64,000 bases of DNA, taken from positions 25,172,001-25,236,000 of the forward strand of contig NC_043012.1 of assembly GCF_006345805.1 (NCBI RefSeq). Reading direction: 5' to 3'. The notes beneath the pieces are model-generated. The model had not been told where the DNA came from. It saw only the letters and a program-made list of their open reading frames with translations, and did not search any database. The translations under genes and the position numbers were made by a program. This document shows positions 50,857 through 63,589 of the stretch, one piece after another. The stretch comes from Octopus sinensis. Its lineage: Eukaryota. Each line of letters opens with the position of its first letter. Within the stretch, counting starts at the first letter, position 1.

Positions 50857-51749
50857 AGAGGTGGTATCAGAAAGTTCCCGGACTCGTTCTGTAACGCGCC
50901 ATCAGATGGGAGCATACGGTTGCGTGCGCAGTGAGAGCTGGCAGTGGTCTTCATGAGGCAGTGTGCCGAGTAACATCACTGCGTTTACTTTGCAAGTGGT
51001 AATGTTTGTGGTTTTGTAATCACGTGTGTGATGTAGCCTGCGATGGACAGGAACAAAGTGCCAGAGTGAAATTTTGCGTTAGATTTGGAAATTCTGCCAC
51101 AGATGCATTGAGCGTGCTTCGGCAAGCTTCCAGCGACGAGGCAATGGGTCGTACGCAATGTTTCGAGTGGCACGGGTACTTCAATGGCGGAAAAGCGTCG
51201 CTGGGAGACGATGAGCCAAATGGAATACCTGTCATGAGTGTCGCCCCCGGGAAGGTGGTATTTTGCATCGAGAATTCATCCTCCAGAGCCAGACCATCAA
51301 TCGAAAGTTCTACTGACACTTTGAAGCGTTTGGGGAACATTTGGCGAAAACGACCGGATCTGTGGAGCTCGAAGTATTGGATTCTTCTCGACCACAATGC
51401 ACTCTGTCACCGAGCATCTTGAGTCTCTCCCCCAAAACACATGCTATCTTTTCCACACCCGCCCTGTTCCCCAGATTTAGCATCTGCGGCGGACTTCCGT
51501 CTCTTCTCCCAGACAAAAATGCGGTTCCACGGTCGCAGTTTTAAGACCGTTGTCAAAATCAGAGCGAATCGCTGAAGGTTCTAGGCTCGCTTACGGAAAA
51601 CGACTTGCAGACCGTATTCCGAAAATAGAAGTTTCGCTGGGACGATGAAATGCTGCGTAAGGTGACGATTGCGAAGGAGATGATGTTAAAACTTATAAGT
51701 TACTTTTTATCAAACATAACTTTTCTGGGAAACTTTCGATACCACCTCC
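50857..51749 (+). mobile_element. Non-autonomous mariner with both TIRs
   Basis: TIRs GAGGTGGTATCAGAAAGTTCCC / GGGAAACTTTCGATACCACCTC, TA TSDs; EQSARVKFCVRFG..CFEWH..SLGDDE, RKRPDLW..DHNA. Confidence 0.9.
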
Positions 51750-51785
51750 TATTTTAATATATTTATATATGCAAGCATATATGTA

Positions 51786-51832
<47 letters not shown>

Positions 51833-54236
51833 ATTTCTCTAAGTATATCTGCCTCACTTTCTCTATTAATATAAATGTATACCTTCATTCATACATATCA
51901 ACACACACAAACACACACGCGCACACACACGCACACACACACACACACGTTACTATTTCACTAAGGCATAGCGATACCAATAAATTGGGGTGTTAGAACT
52001 CCACGTACCTATGCTTCACAACTAAGCGTCAGTCGAGGACTGAGCAATAAGAAATTTAAATAGGAAGGGAATAAGAAATTATGTCACGAACTTCATTAGC
52101 TAACAGCTGTTTCTGCTATAGGACGCAATGCACTCATGCATTGGTTCTACAGTACTTCGAAAAGTGTATGTTGTAATTCGATTTACTTATCTGACATGCT
52201 GCACGTCATTCGCTGCGATATATATCAATTATATATTGATTTAGACTTATTCTTACTTAGGTAGCTATGGATGTTATAGATATCAAAATTTGTAAATTAC
52301 ATCGTCTTTGACAACTTCTTTTCTATGAGGAAACACCTTGTCTATTGTATTTATAACGATGATGGTGACTATGTAGTAATGTGTGTAACTGCAAACATAC
52401 ATCTTTTCTGTACAACATTTGGTTTTATTCCTCATCGTTATTTACTCGATTTACATATTTGCATTGACAGAAATATACACACATATATATACGCGCAAAC
52501 GCATTCTGCACTGCAGAATCGAACGCGTATATAATTCTTTTTGTAAATTTAATTCCCAAACCATACGGCTATACCTGTGCCCAATATCTACAGAACTAAA
52601 ATCTTCAATGCGTCCCTAACATCTCACTATTAATTACCAAGTTTTTTCCTTCTTCACAGGTATATTTTCAGAAGCAGGAAGTCAATTCGGTTGAAAGTTT
52701 AACAAAACAAAAATTATTTATTATTAGATATATCATTTTCCTGAAGACTGGATCTTGGGATTCGTTTAAGTTGTATTCCTGGTAAATAAACTCTGCTGAT
52801 TCCTTACGAAGCCTCCATAGTTCCAGTTGGGGCTCGTGGGTTAACAACAGAGTTTTTTTCTGCCAGAATATGAAGACAACTTTGCGAATGAAAGACGTCA
52901 ACTGTCGCCACCAATGCATTTCGAAGATAAATCTTAATTCATATCCTTTCAATGGCGTTTAGATCTCGTTTTAAAAAATATGCTTAAACATTCGCTGGCT
53001 CACTCATGCTAATTGTAAATTGGTACAATGTACAATATCAATTCCCTTCATTATCTGCAGGGGTCTTGTTATATTTTAGTCTTGACTAGTTATAAAGATA
53101 ATAATATTGATATGATCAAATCAATATGACGTAAATCCATCTGATTTGGTTAAATTTCCTTTACTTTTGTATCGTGTAGTTGGCAAAGTATTTAACTTTA
53201 AAAGTCCCTGTCCGTCTAACTTCATATAGTACGACGTGAACGTGAAGCTATTAGTTAACTGGTGTTGTATATATGACAACATGTTTCTATAACATGCAAT
53301 AATACTGTGAAATGATCACAACAGTTGGTCTTCTATGGACGCGAACAGAGCTGTGTGATTAATAAGTTCATTTCATATGTATGAAAATACCCGGATCAAT
53401 TCTCTTGCGCAGTTCTTTGAATAAACGGCTGTTGCCATGACTGAAGTGTCCAAAGTCTTGAAATAATCTGTTGTAGACGTATCTACGTTACTCCTTTGAA
53501 GTGAATGCTCCAGTCCCAGTTAGATGTAAATCGTCTACGGATTTTACACAGTTACCTGGATCTTAGTTATCGTCTTGAAAATGGCCAAGGACTCCACCCT
53601 TACACACTTGAATACGTCACAAAATAGCACATAACAACAGAAAATTCTGTGGAGAGATGTGGTTCTCTAGAATTATATGTAAATTCTTAGCAGGTAAAAT
53701 TTTATGAAATCAAAACCTGCTAGTACGTTATAAAATTAATATACAATATTAAGAATCTCAGAAACAGGGTAAAGGATGGCCATTTCTCTTGACAGTTTAA
53801 TTAATGCTACAGTCTTCATATATTCTAAATGAATTTTGGAATATAAATCAAATTTTATGTGAGTATAACCACCTACAACTTGGCTTCTTATACAGCTGGT
53901 ATTTACCTTTGCTTTGCTTTATGTATACGTTCACATTATTGTATTAAGTTCACCTGGAACTCGGAAGAAAGTTTGGATTATTCCCGCCATATTAAAACCT
54001 TATATATACGCACCTATGTATAAAAGTATACATGCCAGATAATTTTGTACAGGGTGAATGCAATGGATATATGCAGCTTACAGAGCAGCGAATTAAATAT
54101 ATTTCCTGTCAGTATTTATTTCGTTGATTTCAACCCAGTTACACACACGCACACACACACACACATACATAAACACGCGCACAAACATACACATATATGT
54201 ATGTAGGTATATATGTGTGTGTATATATATGTGTAG

Positions 54237-54295
<59 letters not shown>

Positions 54296-54312
54296 TGTAT
54301 GTATGTATGTTG

Positions 54313-54355
<43 letters not shown>

Positions 54356-55014
54356 GTACATGTATGTTGTATGTATATATACTCAAACACCATATTTTTA
54401 CTTACAACTATGATTAAGATCACAGGTGGTTCAATCATCAATGTTTTTTGTGTTTATTGTTGTCAAAATTGTTAAAGATGTCCAAAACTTTTTTACTTTG
54501 AAACAAAATTGCAACTGGCCATTATTCAGCATCGATTTAATATCTAAGAGTCTGAGAATAGTCATTGTTAATAAGATTCCTATTTTCCGAACTATTTTCC
54601 TTGTCTTTAGGGTGTATAATTTCAATATTGATTTCTGCACTGCATTTCGATTAGTTTCATCCCTGATTAACATCACGTGTTTCACTTTTGGATATGCATA
54701 CGACCGTGAAATTGTTTCAAAATTGTAAGGATCTTCTCTATACAAATGAACAAGTTGTGCACTCATAATATAAACTTCTGGAACATTAAAACTAGTTAGT
54801 GTATATGGACATTGAAACCCTTTGTCCATCACAAAATTTTTCTAGTTCTAAACTAATCTAACACCACGTACGTATATCTATGCATAAAACAGCTGATGAC
54901 GATTGGAGATGAAACCGATGAAAATGTTTTGTAGTAGTACACAACCTAAAGATAAGATTAATAGCTCGAAATATTATAATCTTAGTTCCATTTTCTATTG
55001 TCTATCGTTCGCAG

Positions 55015-55126
55015 GATCTTGGATGCATACAAACCACAATTCTTTTCCAGCCTTGGGAGAATAGAATCAATGCTACTGTGGAACAAGCAAAAGGATTACG
55101 TCCTAATCGTTTAACCGGAACAGTTG
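55015..55126 (+). CDS. Internal coding exon, N-terminal strands of a C2 domain (synaptotagmin-like protein)
   Basis: Acceptor TTTTCTATTGTCTATCGTTCGCAG, donor TTG|GTAAGT; 112 nt, phase 0 to 1; DLGCIQTTILFQPWENRINATVEQAKGLRPNRLTGTV(D) fits the LG.i...h.(F/Y)......h.h.V.qA..L......G..D C2 pattern. Confidence 0.72.
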
Positions 55127-55937
55127 GTAAGTACCATGATTAAATAAGTTTTTTTAAAGAAATAATACACTGGAGCCCCGACGTGCTTTGTGAGATTGTG
55201 AATCATACGTGGAGTGTATCCTTATTTGTTGGAGGTTTGCGCAAAGTTTTGATTTCATGAAAAAATAAAACATCTGTTGTCCCTTCAAACCAGTCTCTCT
55301 TCGCTACTCTATCGATGTTCTACCATATAGAGACAAGGACCAATGAAACTCTGCCCTAATGTTACCTGTGTCGTTGCTGTCTGAACTAAAAAATGAAGTG
55401 TGGAATACATGTTGAGAAATATCTAATCTGGGGCTCTAAGAAAGATCATAAATCTTATACAGTTTATAATTTTTAAATTATTTTGGAAAGATGAAAGTCA
55501 AAAGTGATCTCGGAAAAAGTAAATAAAATAAAATGACTGATCGGTATTTGTATCTTAAACTGAGGAACTTTTAGAATTATTAGAGTGATGTCACCGTGCC
55601 TTGGAATAATTTACACGACTCTTTAAAATATGATTTTAAATCTTAAAAGGATAAAGTTTGCCTTCTATCTTTCTGAGCTTCAGAACTTAAAATCCCGATC
55701 AAGTACTGAGGCAGAAATAATAGAGTGATACTAGTGTCTCACAGCCTTCGTCGAACAAGAGATTAAAGCCGAGAACTCCAAACAGTACTTCCTATTACTC
55801 TATCGTGTTCAGAGATACTGAAGGTATAAACACAACAGTCACACTATTCTTGTAAAAAGCAGCAATCTCATGTAGTATTAGTTTTGAAAGTCAATTGTCC
55901 GATATACATGGAAACAGATTTTGACAGGAAAAGTAAT

Positions 55938-56323
55938 GTGGAAGCACTCCGTCGGTTACGACGACGAGGGTTCCGGTTGATCCGATCAACAGAAGAGCCA
56001 GCTCGTGAAATTAACGTGTAAGTGGCTGAGCACTCCACAGACACGTGCACTCTTAACGTAGTTCTCGGGGATATTCAGCGTGACACAGAGAGTGACAAGG
56101 CCGGCCCTTTGAAATACAGGTACGACATAAACAGGAAGTAAGAGTGAGAGAAAGTTCTGGTGAAAGAGTACAGCAGGGATCACCACCATCCCTGCCGGAG
56201 CCTCGTGGAGCTTTAGGTGTTTTTCGCTCAATAAACACTCACAACGCCCGGTCTGGAAATCGAAACCGCGATCCTACGACCGCGAGTCCGCTGCCCTAAC
56301 CACTGGGCCATTGCGCCTCCACG
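55938..56323 (-). mobile_element. Full-length SINE head D with tail type 1 and 12-bp TSD
   Basis: A box TGGCCCAGTGG, B box GTTTCGATTTCC; AGGAAAAGTAAT at 55926-55937 and 56324-56335. Confidence 0.93.
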
Positions 56324-57019
56324 AGGAAAAGTAATACTGGGTGTTTGTTCAGCTGTTATTGTGCTGGTATAATATTTTCTAATTTTTCTCAATTCATTAG
56401 GCATTTTTGTGAATATTTCATATAGCTTATCTATACTGTCTGTTATTATGCCTCAAGGAGAAACAATTATTTATCTTGTTTCAAATAATTTTTAAGCGAG
56501 TTTACAATATCGCATCATGTTCATCGCATCATTCTGAAAACGTATGAAATTGTGTTATGTAGTACATCAGATTTACCATTCTTTGACATTTGTGATGTTA
56601 TGTTAATTTATTAGATCATATGCGCTTTCAAAAGTGCGAGCTGGCAGAATTCTTAATGGACCGGGAAAACATGCCTAGCGACATTTCCTCTGACTTTGCT
56701 TTCAGAGTTCAAATGCCATCAGGGTCGACAGCGTGTGTATCACGTTCAATATCTTTCAAATATTTTTTTCATTTCTCTGGCTTTGTTCGGAAACTCCTCA
56801 ATTTTTATCCATTTTAATAAGACTATTATAAACTACATTAGTTATCAGGAGTGTTGAATTGAAGTTCTAGCACCGACATTATTGTCAATCTTCATGGGGA
56901 AATCCAGTATAATACTGTAATAATTATTTACACTCACACCCTCGATCTCAAATTTATCATCATCAGCAGCAGCAGCAGTAGCAGCAGCAGCAGCAGTAGC
57001 AGCAGCAGCATTATTATTA

Positions 57020-57568
57020 TGTGAGAGAGCAGTGCATGTCATCAAAGTAACACTGGGGTAAAATATACGAAGCTCAGTATACCCATCATGACTACCCGTC
57101 TGATAAGGGTACACTAGGCACATGCACCACAACCACATGTGCGCGACATGGGGATCTCATACCAAGATAAACAGCACATGACTTTGCAGGTGGGGCCCAG
57201 TTAGAATTTTCTTCTGGTCGAGTAGCCCATCCTGCTCAAAAAGGTTCCTGAATAAGGATTGTTTAAGTATGTTGAACGAAACAACCTTGTTTCCAGAGGT
57301 GAATTATTTAAACCCCAAAGAATCCTTCTCTACACATGCCTATGATGCTCTCGCATTACTTCTGCTCGTGATCAGAGATGCATATATCGTCAGCCACTAA
57401 GGGATATGGTTAAAGCCAAACAACTGACAAGCAAATCTGTGGTATTGGGCGGAATATTTGCTGTAGCCCGTCTTTTATACCAAGACAAAACAATGTACCT
57501 GATAACAATTCCAATCAGTTAAGATCTGAACCCATGTGAGCAACTGCCTGGTACCTGCATCAGGGCAT
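57020..57568. mobile_element. ~550-bp interspersed repeat of unclear class inserted in (ATT)n
   Basis: Non-coding, no tRNA boxes, (ATT)n on both sides; degenerate partial copy at ~33430-33565 (ACACATGGCTATGATG..CTGCTCATGATCAGA). Confidence 0.6.
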
Positions 57569-57580
57569 TTATTATTATTG

Positions 57581-57618
<38 letters not shown>

Positions 57619-57622
57619 GTTG

Positions 57623-57665
<43 letters not shown>

Positions 57666-57733
57666 GATGTTATTGCGTTCATTTTTATTATGGTCATTAC
57701 CAGCAGCAATATCACTATCATTTTCTTTATCAA

Positions 57734-57764
<31 letters not shown>

Positions 57765-57857
57765 TTCTTCTTCTTCTTCTTCTTCTTCTTCTTCTTCTTC
57801 TTCTTCTTCTTCTTCTTCTTCCCCATCATCACCATCATCATCATCATCATCATAATC

Positions 57858-57890
<33 letters not shown>

Positions 57891-57990
57891 GTTGTTGCTG
57901 TTGTTGTTGTTGTTGTTATTATTATTATTATTATTACTAAAAAAAAAAGAAATCCCTCGTTATTGTTATTGTTCCTGTTGCTGTGACTGC
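57569..57990. repeat. Trinucleotide mosaic (ATT)(GTT)(ATC)(TTC)
   Basis: Directly visible. Confidence 0.95.
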
Positions 57991-58205
57991 TGTCGTTGTA
58001 TTGTTGTTATTGATTTCCTTATTAGCATTTCGTGACTGGATTTCTATGCTTAAACATGGTTTTAAATGGTTTTACGCTGAAGGCTTAAACTTGATAATCT
58101 ATGACAATATTTGCAATATCAGTCAACAATAATGTTTGTATGGCACATACTGTAACAAATAGTACTGACCTCTCTCCCTCTCTATATTTGTCTGTCGCTC
58201 TCTTT

Positions 58206-58245
<40 letters not shown>

Positions 58246-58372
58246 TACACACATATTCATACATATATTCATATACATGTTCAAACATAGCCATGCATAC
58301 ACATACATGTATACTCGTTAGTTACTCTCTGATCTCTTATTTGAATTTGGCCGGAGATATTTACATACAGCT

Positions 58373-58506
58373 TTAAGAAGCTAGCTTCCCAATCACATGG
58401 TTCCGCGTTCAGTCCCACTTCGTGGCTTAGCCAACTGTCTTCTACTATAGCCTTAGGTCCACCGAAGACCTGGGTGGATTTGGTAGACGGAAACTGAAAG
58501 AATCAT

Positions 58507-58568
<62 letters not shown>

Positions 58569-58785
58569 CTAGTATGCTTATATGTATGTGTGCCTGTGTT
58601 TGTCCTCCACTTCACCCCTTGAGAACAGGCATTGGTGTGTTTATGTCCCCGTAACTTATTGGTTCGATAAAAGTGATGGATAGAATAAGTACCAGGCTTA
58701 AAAGAAGTAGAGGGTTCGACACATTCTACAATAAATTCTTCAAAACGGTGCTCCAACATCGCCGCAGTCTAACGTCTGAAAGAAT
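58373..58785 (+). mobile_element. SINE family B
   Basis: Family core and tail. Confidence 0.8.
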
Positions 58786-58811
58786 AAATGATAAACGATA
58801 ACAGATATATA

Positions 58812-58903
<92 letters not shown>

Positions 58904-59000
58904 GGGTGGGGGGAGAATTCACGAAAAAAACAAAAGACAAAGACAGGTGGTGTAGAAAACAAACAGATGTATTAGTATAACGCTCAGGAATTGAAAAAGT

Positions 59001-59036
59001 CTTTTACGTTTCGAGCCTACGCTCTTCCACAGAAAG
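59001..59036 (-). ncRNA. Minimal hammerhead motif, A6U variant, in PLE-like fragment 58900-59050
   Basis: CTTT-CTGTGGA-A-GAGC-GTAG-GCTC-GAAA-CG-TA-AAAG. Confidence 0.6.
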
Positions 59037-59339
59037 TAACAAGGAGAGAAAAAATGTATGTAGTGGCTACCGATCTATTATGTATATATATATGTATATA
59101 CACACACATATGTATATATATACATATGCACACACACACACATTTATACACACAGAAACACACACCAAACACACCTATATACTTTAAGTTTAAGTTATAG
59201 GTTATATCAAGTACCTATATATATCAAACATAAAACAATGTTATACTGATGATAGTGGAGAGGACTAGAAAATCTGTAAGTGCAATGAGCTAACGAGAGA
59301 CTCTGGGCTTAGTCTAATAGTGTGTCATTATGGAAAAAG

Positions 59340-59660
59340 TGAGGTAATGGCATAGTGGTTAGGTGTTGTACTCGCAATCAGGATATTATGGTTTCAATTC
59401 TTAGACCAAGGGTGGTGCGATGTGTTCTTGTGCAAAACACTTCATCTCACGTTGTTTGGCGATCACTTCAACACCCGACGCGCAACACCCGATGTGCGAC
59501 ACCCGACGCGTGACACCCGACGCCTGACACCCGACGCGCGGAATCGTCGATTTGATGGAGACAGTGAGCTAATAATTTACAACACACATTTGACCACTGT
59601 AAACAAATCATTTGCGTAGGTTGTTCGGCAATAGCTGAACTCCTATACGACACCTTCAAA
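59340..59660 (+). mobile_element. SINE head A with a distinct tail containing 5 x 14-bp repeats
   Basis: TGGCATAGTGG, GTGTTCTTGTGCAAAACAC; (ACACCCGACGCGYR)5. Confidence 0.75.
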
Positions 59661-60289
59661 TGGATATTACATCAAATGCATTTGGTTACAATTTTCAGCA
59701 TTTAATAAATGCTAAATGCTTTTAATTATAATCCCCAGTACATAAGAGCATACAAAACGTATTCTACAGAACATGATGTAAATATTCTTAAGGCATTCCA
59801 TTTAAGTTCAGAATTGAATCTCAATGGAACATTGTTAAAGACAGCAGGTATTTTGTTATGTATTGTGCAATACTGCCAAACCCAAATATGCATAGATATT
59901 TTAACAACCATCAAAAGGTCATCAGATCGCTGTAAAGAAAGTGCTACGTTGCATAAAAGAAAGTTCAGTTAATATTTTGATAATTTTGGTAAGCTCTTGT
60001 AAACATAGAATTTTCTTTCTACGTAGTTGCTGGAAAGAAGCCATCGTTAATCAAGACAATTTTGTGTGTGTAGACACGCAAATCAAATATTGTTTACATC
60101 ATACATAATATATTTCTATATCATTTTACCTTTCAGCATCGTTTATAGAATAGACATCTTTGAACAAGGATATTCACCTGTTGATTTATCTTCAGCCAAT
60201 TAACAATATTTCTTTGATTTATCTAACCAACAAATAACATGTTTGTTTCAAAAGATGCTGCGTTTTGCTGGCACGTAAACAAAAGATAG

Positions 60290-60745
60290 AACTATTATTG
60301 AGCTCGCAGAATCGGTAATACATCAAAGGAAAAGGCGTAGCGTCATTTTCCCTCGTTCATCGCACTCTGAGTACAATTCCCGACGAGATCAACTTTGCCT
60401 TGCAACTTTTCAGACGCGATAAATTAAAGTACCTCCCAAGAGCTGGGGATCAATGTAATCGAACGTCTCCAGCCCATATAACTGCTGGCATTGTGCCAAA
60501 ATTTGAACGAATTATTTCAGTTACTAAATCGCCGAGCGGACAGAATCTTGAGCTCATTGGACAAAATGCTTGGCGGAACTTCTTCCGTCTTTACATTCTC
60601 TGTTCAAATTCTGCAGAGGTCGACTTTTCCTTTCAACATTTGGGGGTCGAGGAAATAAAAACCAGTTGACTACTGGATCGATGTTATCAACTTTAACTGC
60701 GCATCACGAAATTGGTGGCCTTGCACTTATAGTAGAAATGATTAT
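60290..60745 (+). mobile_element. Two old head-to-tail SINE family C copies
   Basis: TGTTCAAATTCTGCAGAGGTCGACTTTTCCTTTCA; CTGCTGGCATTGTGCCAAAATTTG. Confidence 0.6.
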
Positions 60746-60849
60746 TATTATTAAAGACGTTGCATACTATCCAATATTGGGATGTTGTTGCTTGAAGACA
60801 TTGTGTCTACAGGGGTTTAGTACCGTCTGTCAGGTCACAACAAAGACCT

Positions 60850-60862
60850 ATTATTATTATTA

Positions 60863-60912
<50 letters not shown>

Positions 60913-60947
60913 TTATTATTATTATTATTATTATTATTATATTATTA

Positions 60948-60980
<33 letters not shown>

Positions 60981-61038
60981 TATTATTATTATTATATTAT
61001 TATTATCATTATATTATTATTATATTATATTATTATTA

Positions 61039-61079
<41 letters not shown>

Positions 61080-61095
61080 CATCATCATCATCATT
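60850..61095. repeat. (ATT)n/(ATC)n microsatellite
   Basis: Directly visible. Confidence 0.95.
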
Positions 61096-61569
61096 GTGGT
61101 GGTAACCATACTGTAAAGTCACGGCAACTTGAAGCTCTGTAAGTTAAAAGAAATTTATCAATAATTTCGGCTGTTTAAGGCCCATTCAAGAAGAACGAAA
61201 ACAACAACTGCAAGGTCGAGAACGAAGGTAATAACAATACAGGACCAAGAATGAACTCATAAACAACAACATCAACTACAATAGTAATAAAAAGAACATT
61301 TCTGCGCAAAACAGCAACAAAAACAACAGCATTAACATCAACAACAAAAAACATTGAAAAATTATACAACATAGTATATCATTTTCAAAGACATTCAGCC
61401 AATGTCTTTCGGTGCAAGATTTGAAAGGCAAGGCTCTATTGGATAAAACTGATATTGTCAAACCAAGTGTTATGTTTTTTAACCCGGCGGAAAATATAAA
61501 CTAACTTGGAATGGAAAAAGATTATCTATAAAATTCGTGAGTAACTGAAAATGTCTCGAAGATATGTGA

Positions 61570-62290
61570 CCCTCTTACTTAGGTTGTTGTGGAAGGAATA
61601 CTTTCCAGTGGTCAAGCGGTCAGTCAGCTGTTAGAAACCACTGCGTGGCCGATTACACACATGCTTGTAGAGGCTGATGAGCTGACGCGCTCTTACGTTG
61701 CACCACCTGCAACGATTTCTTGACAGCGAACGTGTTTGGGCAGCTCCTTTCCTTGTTGCAGTCCTGGATGAAGGAAAGACTGAGACGGGGTGCCAGGTAC
61801 TTAGTGTTTCGTCAGGTACTCACTGCCCTCTACCAATGGTGCAATGAGATCAATAAATACTCTACTTTATTAATATACAAATGATTAGTGGCAGAGATCT
61901 ACGATGATATACTTGGGGAAACTCTGGGCGGCGATGAATCAAACTGGCTAGACTGTTCCGGAGCCCTTTCCGGTCGGGAAGTACCATGGAGAATTTCCAG
62001 AAGTCTTTAGAGGTGCTGCCGGTTCGAGATAAACTCTACAAGCACGGGTGTGCGGTCAGACGTACTTTTCTGAGATTTCCGCAGAGGATCAACATTGTTC
62101 TGCCTGCAGTTTTTCAGTGTCCGAGCGTTGCTAACTTCTGCAGTTATGTCGAACAGCTCCTGTTGCGTGTAGGACATATCCGACTATAGGTGAAAAGGAA
62201 GTGGGGTCATCTGGTATACGAGATCGAAACTTATGAAGGTAGGGACATTCCTCTTCGACAGAACTCACAGCGACGACAGTACAAGATATA
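61570..62290 (+). mobile_element. L1/Tx1-group LINE, 3' ORF2 fragment (zinc-binding RVT region)
   Basis: MENFQKSL..LPVRDKLYKHG..AVFQCPSVANFCSYVEQLL, VIWYTRSKL; frameshifted. Confidence 0.7.
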
Positions 62291-62504
62291 CATATGTTAA
62301 ATGGATTTCCCTTAAATTCAAAAGTGTATCTCGTTCGAACGTTGTTAAAAACCGCAAGGCAATGTGTTATGCGATGTATGATACTGCCAAACTAAAATAT
62401 ATATCATTATTATAATAATCGTGTAAAGGTCATGAAAACACCATAAAGAAATGGATACAATACGTAAAATAAAGTTTACTTTATGTTTTGATACTTTTTT
62501 CTTC

Positions 62505-62705
62505 TTAATGCGAGCTGGAAGAATTGTTAGCGAGCCAGGAGAAATAACATTTCGTCCGTTTTTACGTTCTGAGTTCAAATTCAAAGATGAACTTAACCTT
62601 TCGTCTTTTACGGGGTCGATAAAATAAGTGTGAGTTGAGCACTGGGGTCGATTTAATCGACTTAGTCCCTCACCCAAAACTGCTGGTCTTGTGCCAAAAC
62701 GTGAA
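62505..62705 (+). mobile_element. SINE family C
   Basis: GAGCTGG..TTCTGAGTTCAAATT..GGGGTCGATAAAATAAG..CTGCTGGTCTTGTGCCAAAA. Confidence 0.8.
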
Positions 62706-63177
62706 ATCAATACTTCGATCAGTTTGGTTGATGTGTGGTAAATAATATAGATTTCTCTTTTTTCTCACTTGCTGGAGTGAGTTTATTGAAAGATGGGTGA
62801 TAGTGCCAAAACTGACAAGAATCGCACTGCTCTAAGTATATGCTTGCGACTCGGGAGAGAGAATTGTCTTTAAGTTTCTATTTTCTCCATTCTTACGACA
62901 CAAAGCAACACATTATCATACCATCTCTGTTCCTTACACAGTGGTGAACCCGCTTCAAAAGATAATTCACACACACACACGTAAACACACATACGCACAC
63001 ACACGCACACGCACACACACATTTGATACTAGCAAGAAAGATGAAAATAGAGAATAGATTAGTATCAAATTTTGTTTATCTCAAGTACGAGATGTGTGGG
63101 AATAAATTTTCACTCAGTTTAGGAGAAATGAAATATAACAATTACATATATAAATGGTTTAATATTTAGTCGTTTCT

Positions 63178-63392
63178 TAGGCGCCGAGGTGGCAGAAACG
63201 TTAGCACTCCGGGCGAAATATCTAGCGTTATTTTGTCTGTCTTTACGTTCTGGGTTCAAATTCCGCCGCACTCTATTTTGCCTTTCATCCTTTCGGCGTC
63301 GATTATATAAGTACTACTTACGTATTGGGGTCGATCTAATCGACTGGCCCCCTCCCTCAAAATTTTGGGCCAGATGACTAGAGTAGAATAGA
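63178..63392 (+). mobile_element. SINE family C
   Basis: AGGCGCCGAGGTGGCAGAAACGTTAGC..GGTTCAAATTCCGCC..CCCCTCCCTCAAAATTTTGGGCC. Confidence 0.85.
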
Positions 63393-63496
63393 ATATTTAA
63401 TGGTACAAAACTGGTACCATAGAATATTTATGGTAGAAAACTGAAAGTAGCTATAACACGTCATGCTCTCACTCTTTCATTCCCTCCATGTATATG

Positions 63497-63534
<38 letters not shown>

Positions 63535-63589
63535 CCGTTGGCGATTTTTTTCCTCTGTCTTCCCTTCTCGGGATCTTTCCTTTTCCTAT

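Noticed and set aside
19810-52115. GAAACAGCTGT half-motifs at ~19812, ~43261, ~47154 (minus) and ~52102 (minus)
   Set aside because: Helix III and GAAA are present but the CUGANGA half is missing or heavily mutated; counted only as decayed remnants.
52660-52952. Coding-looking segment (94-aa minus ORF; possible + exon 52660-52781)
   Set aside because: No clear splice pair in a frame compatible with the C2 exon and no family recognised.
53559-53649. Candidate minus-strand 91-nt exon IFCCYVLFCDVFKCVRVESLAIFKTITKIQ
   Set aside because: Splice sites are plausible but there is no recognisable protein and it is opposite to the supported exon.
49121-59280. CTGATGA..GAAA pairs at ~49134 and ~59246 (also ATGATGA..GAAA at ~24499 and CTGATGA without GAAA at ~9306)
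   Set aside because: Stem I cannot form or the core is broken; may be chance or very old.
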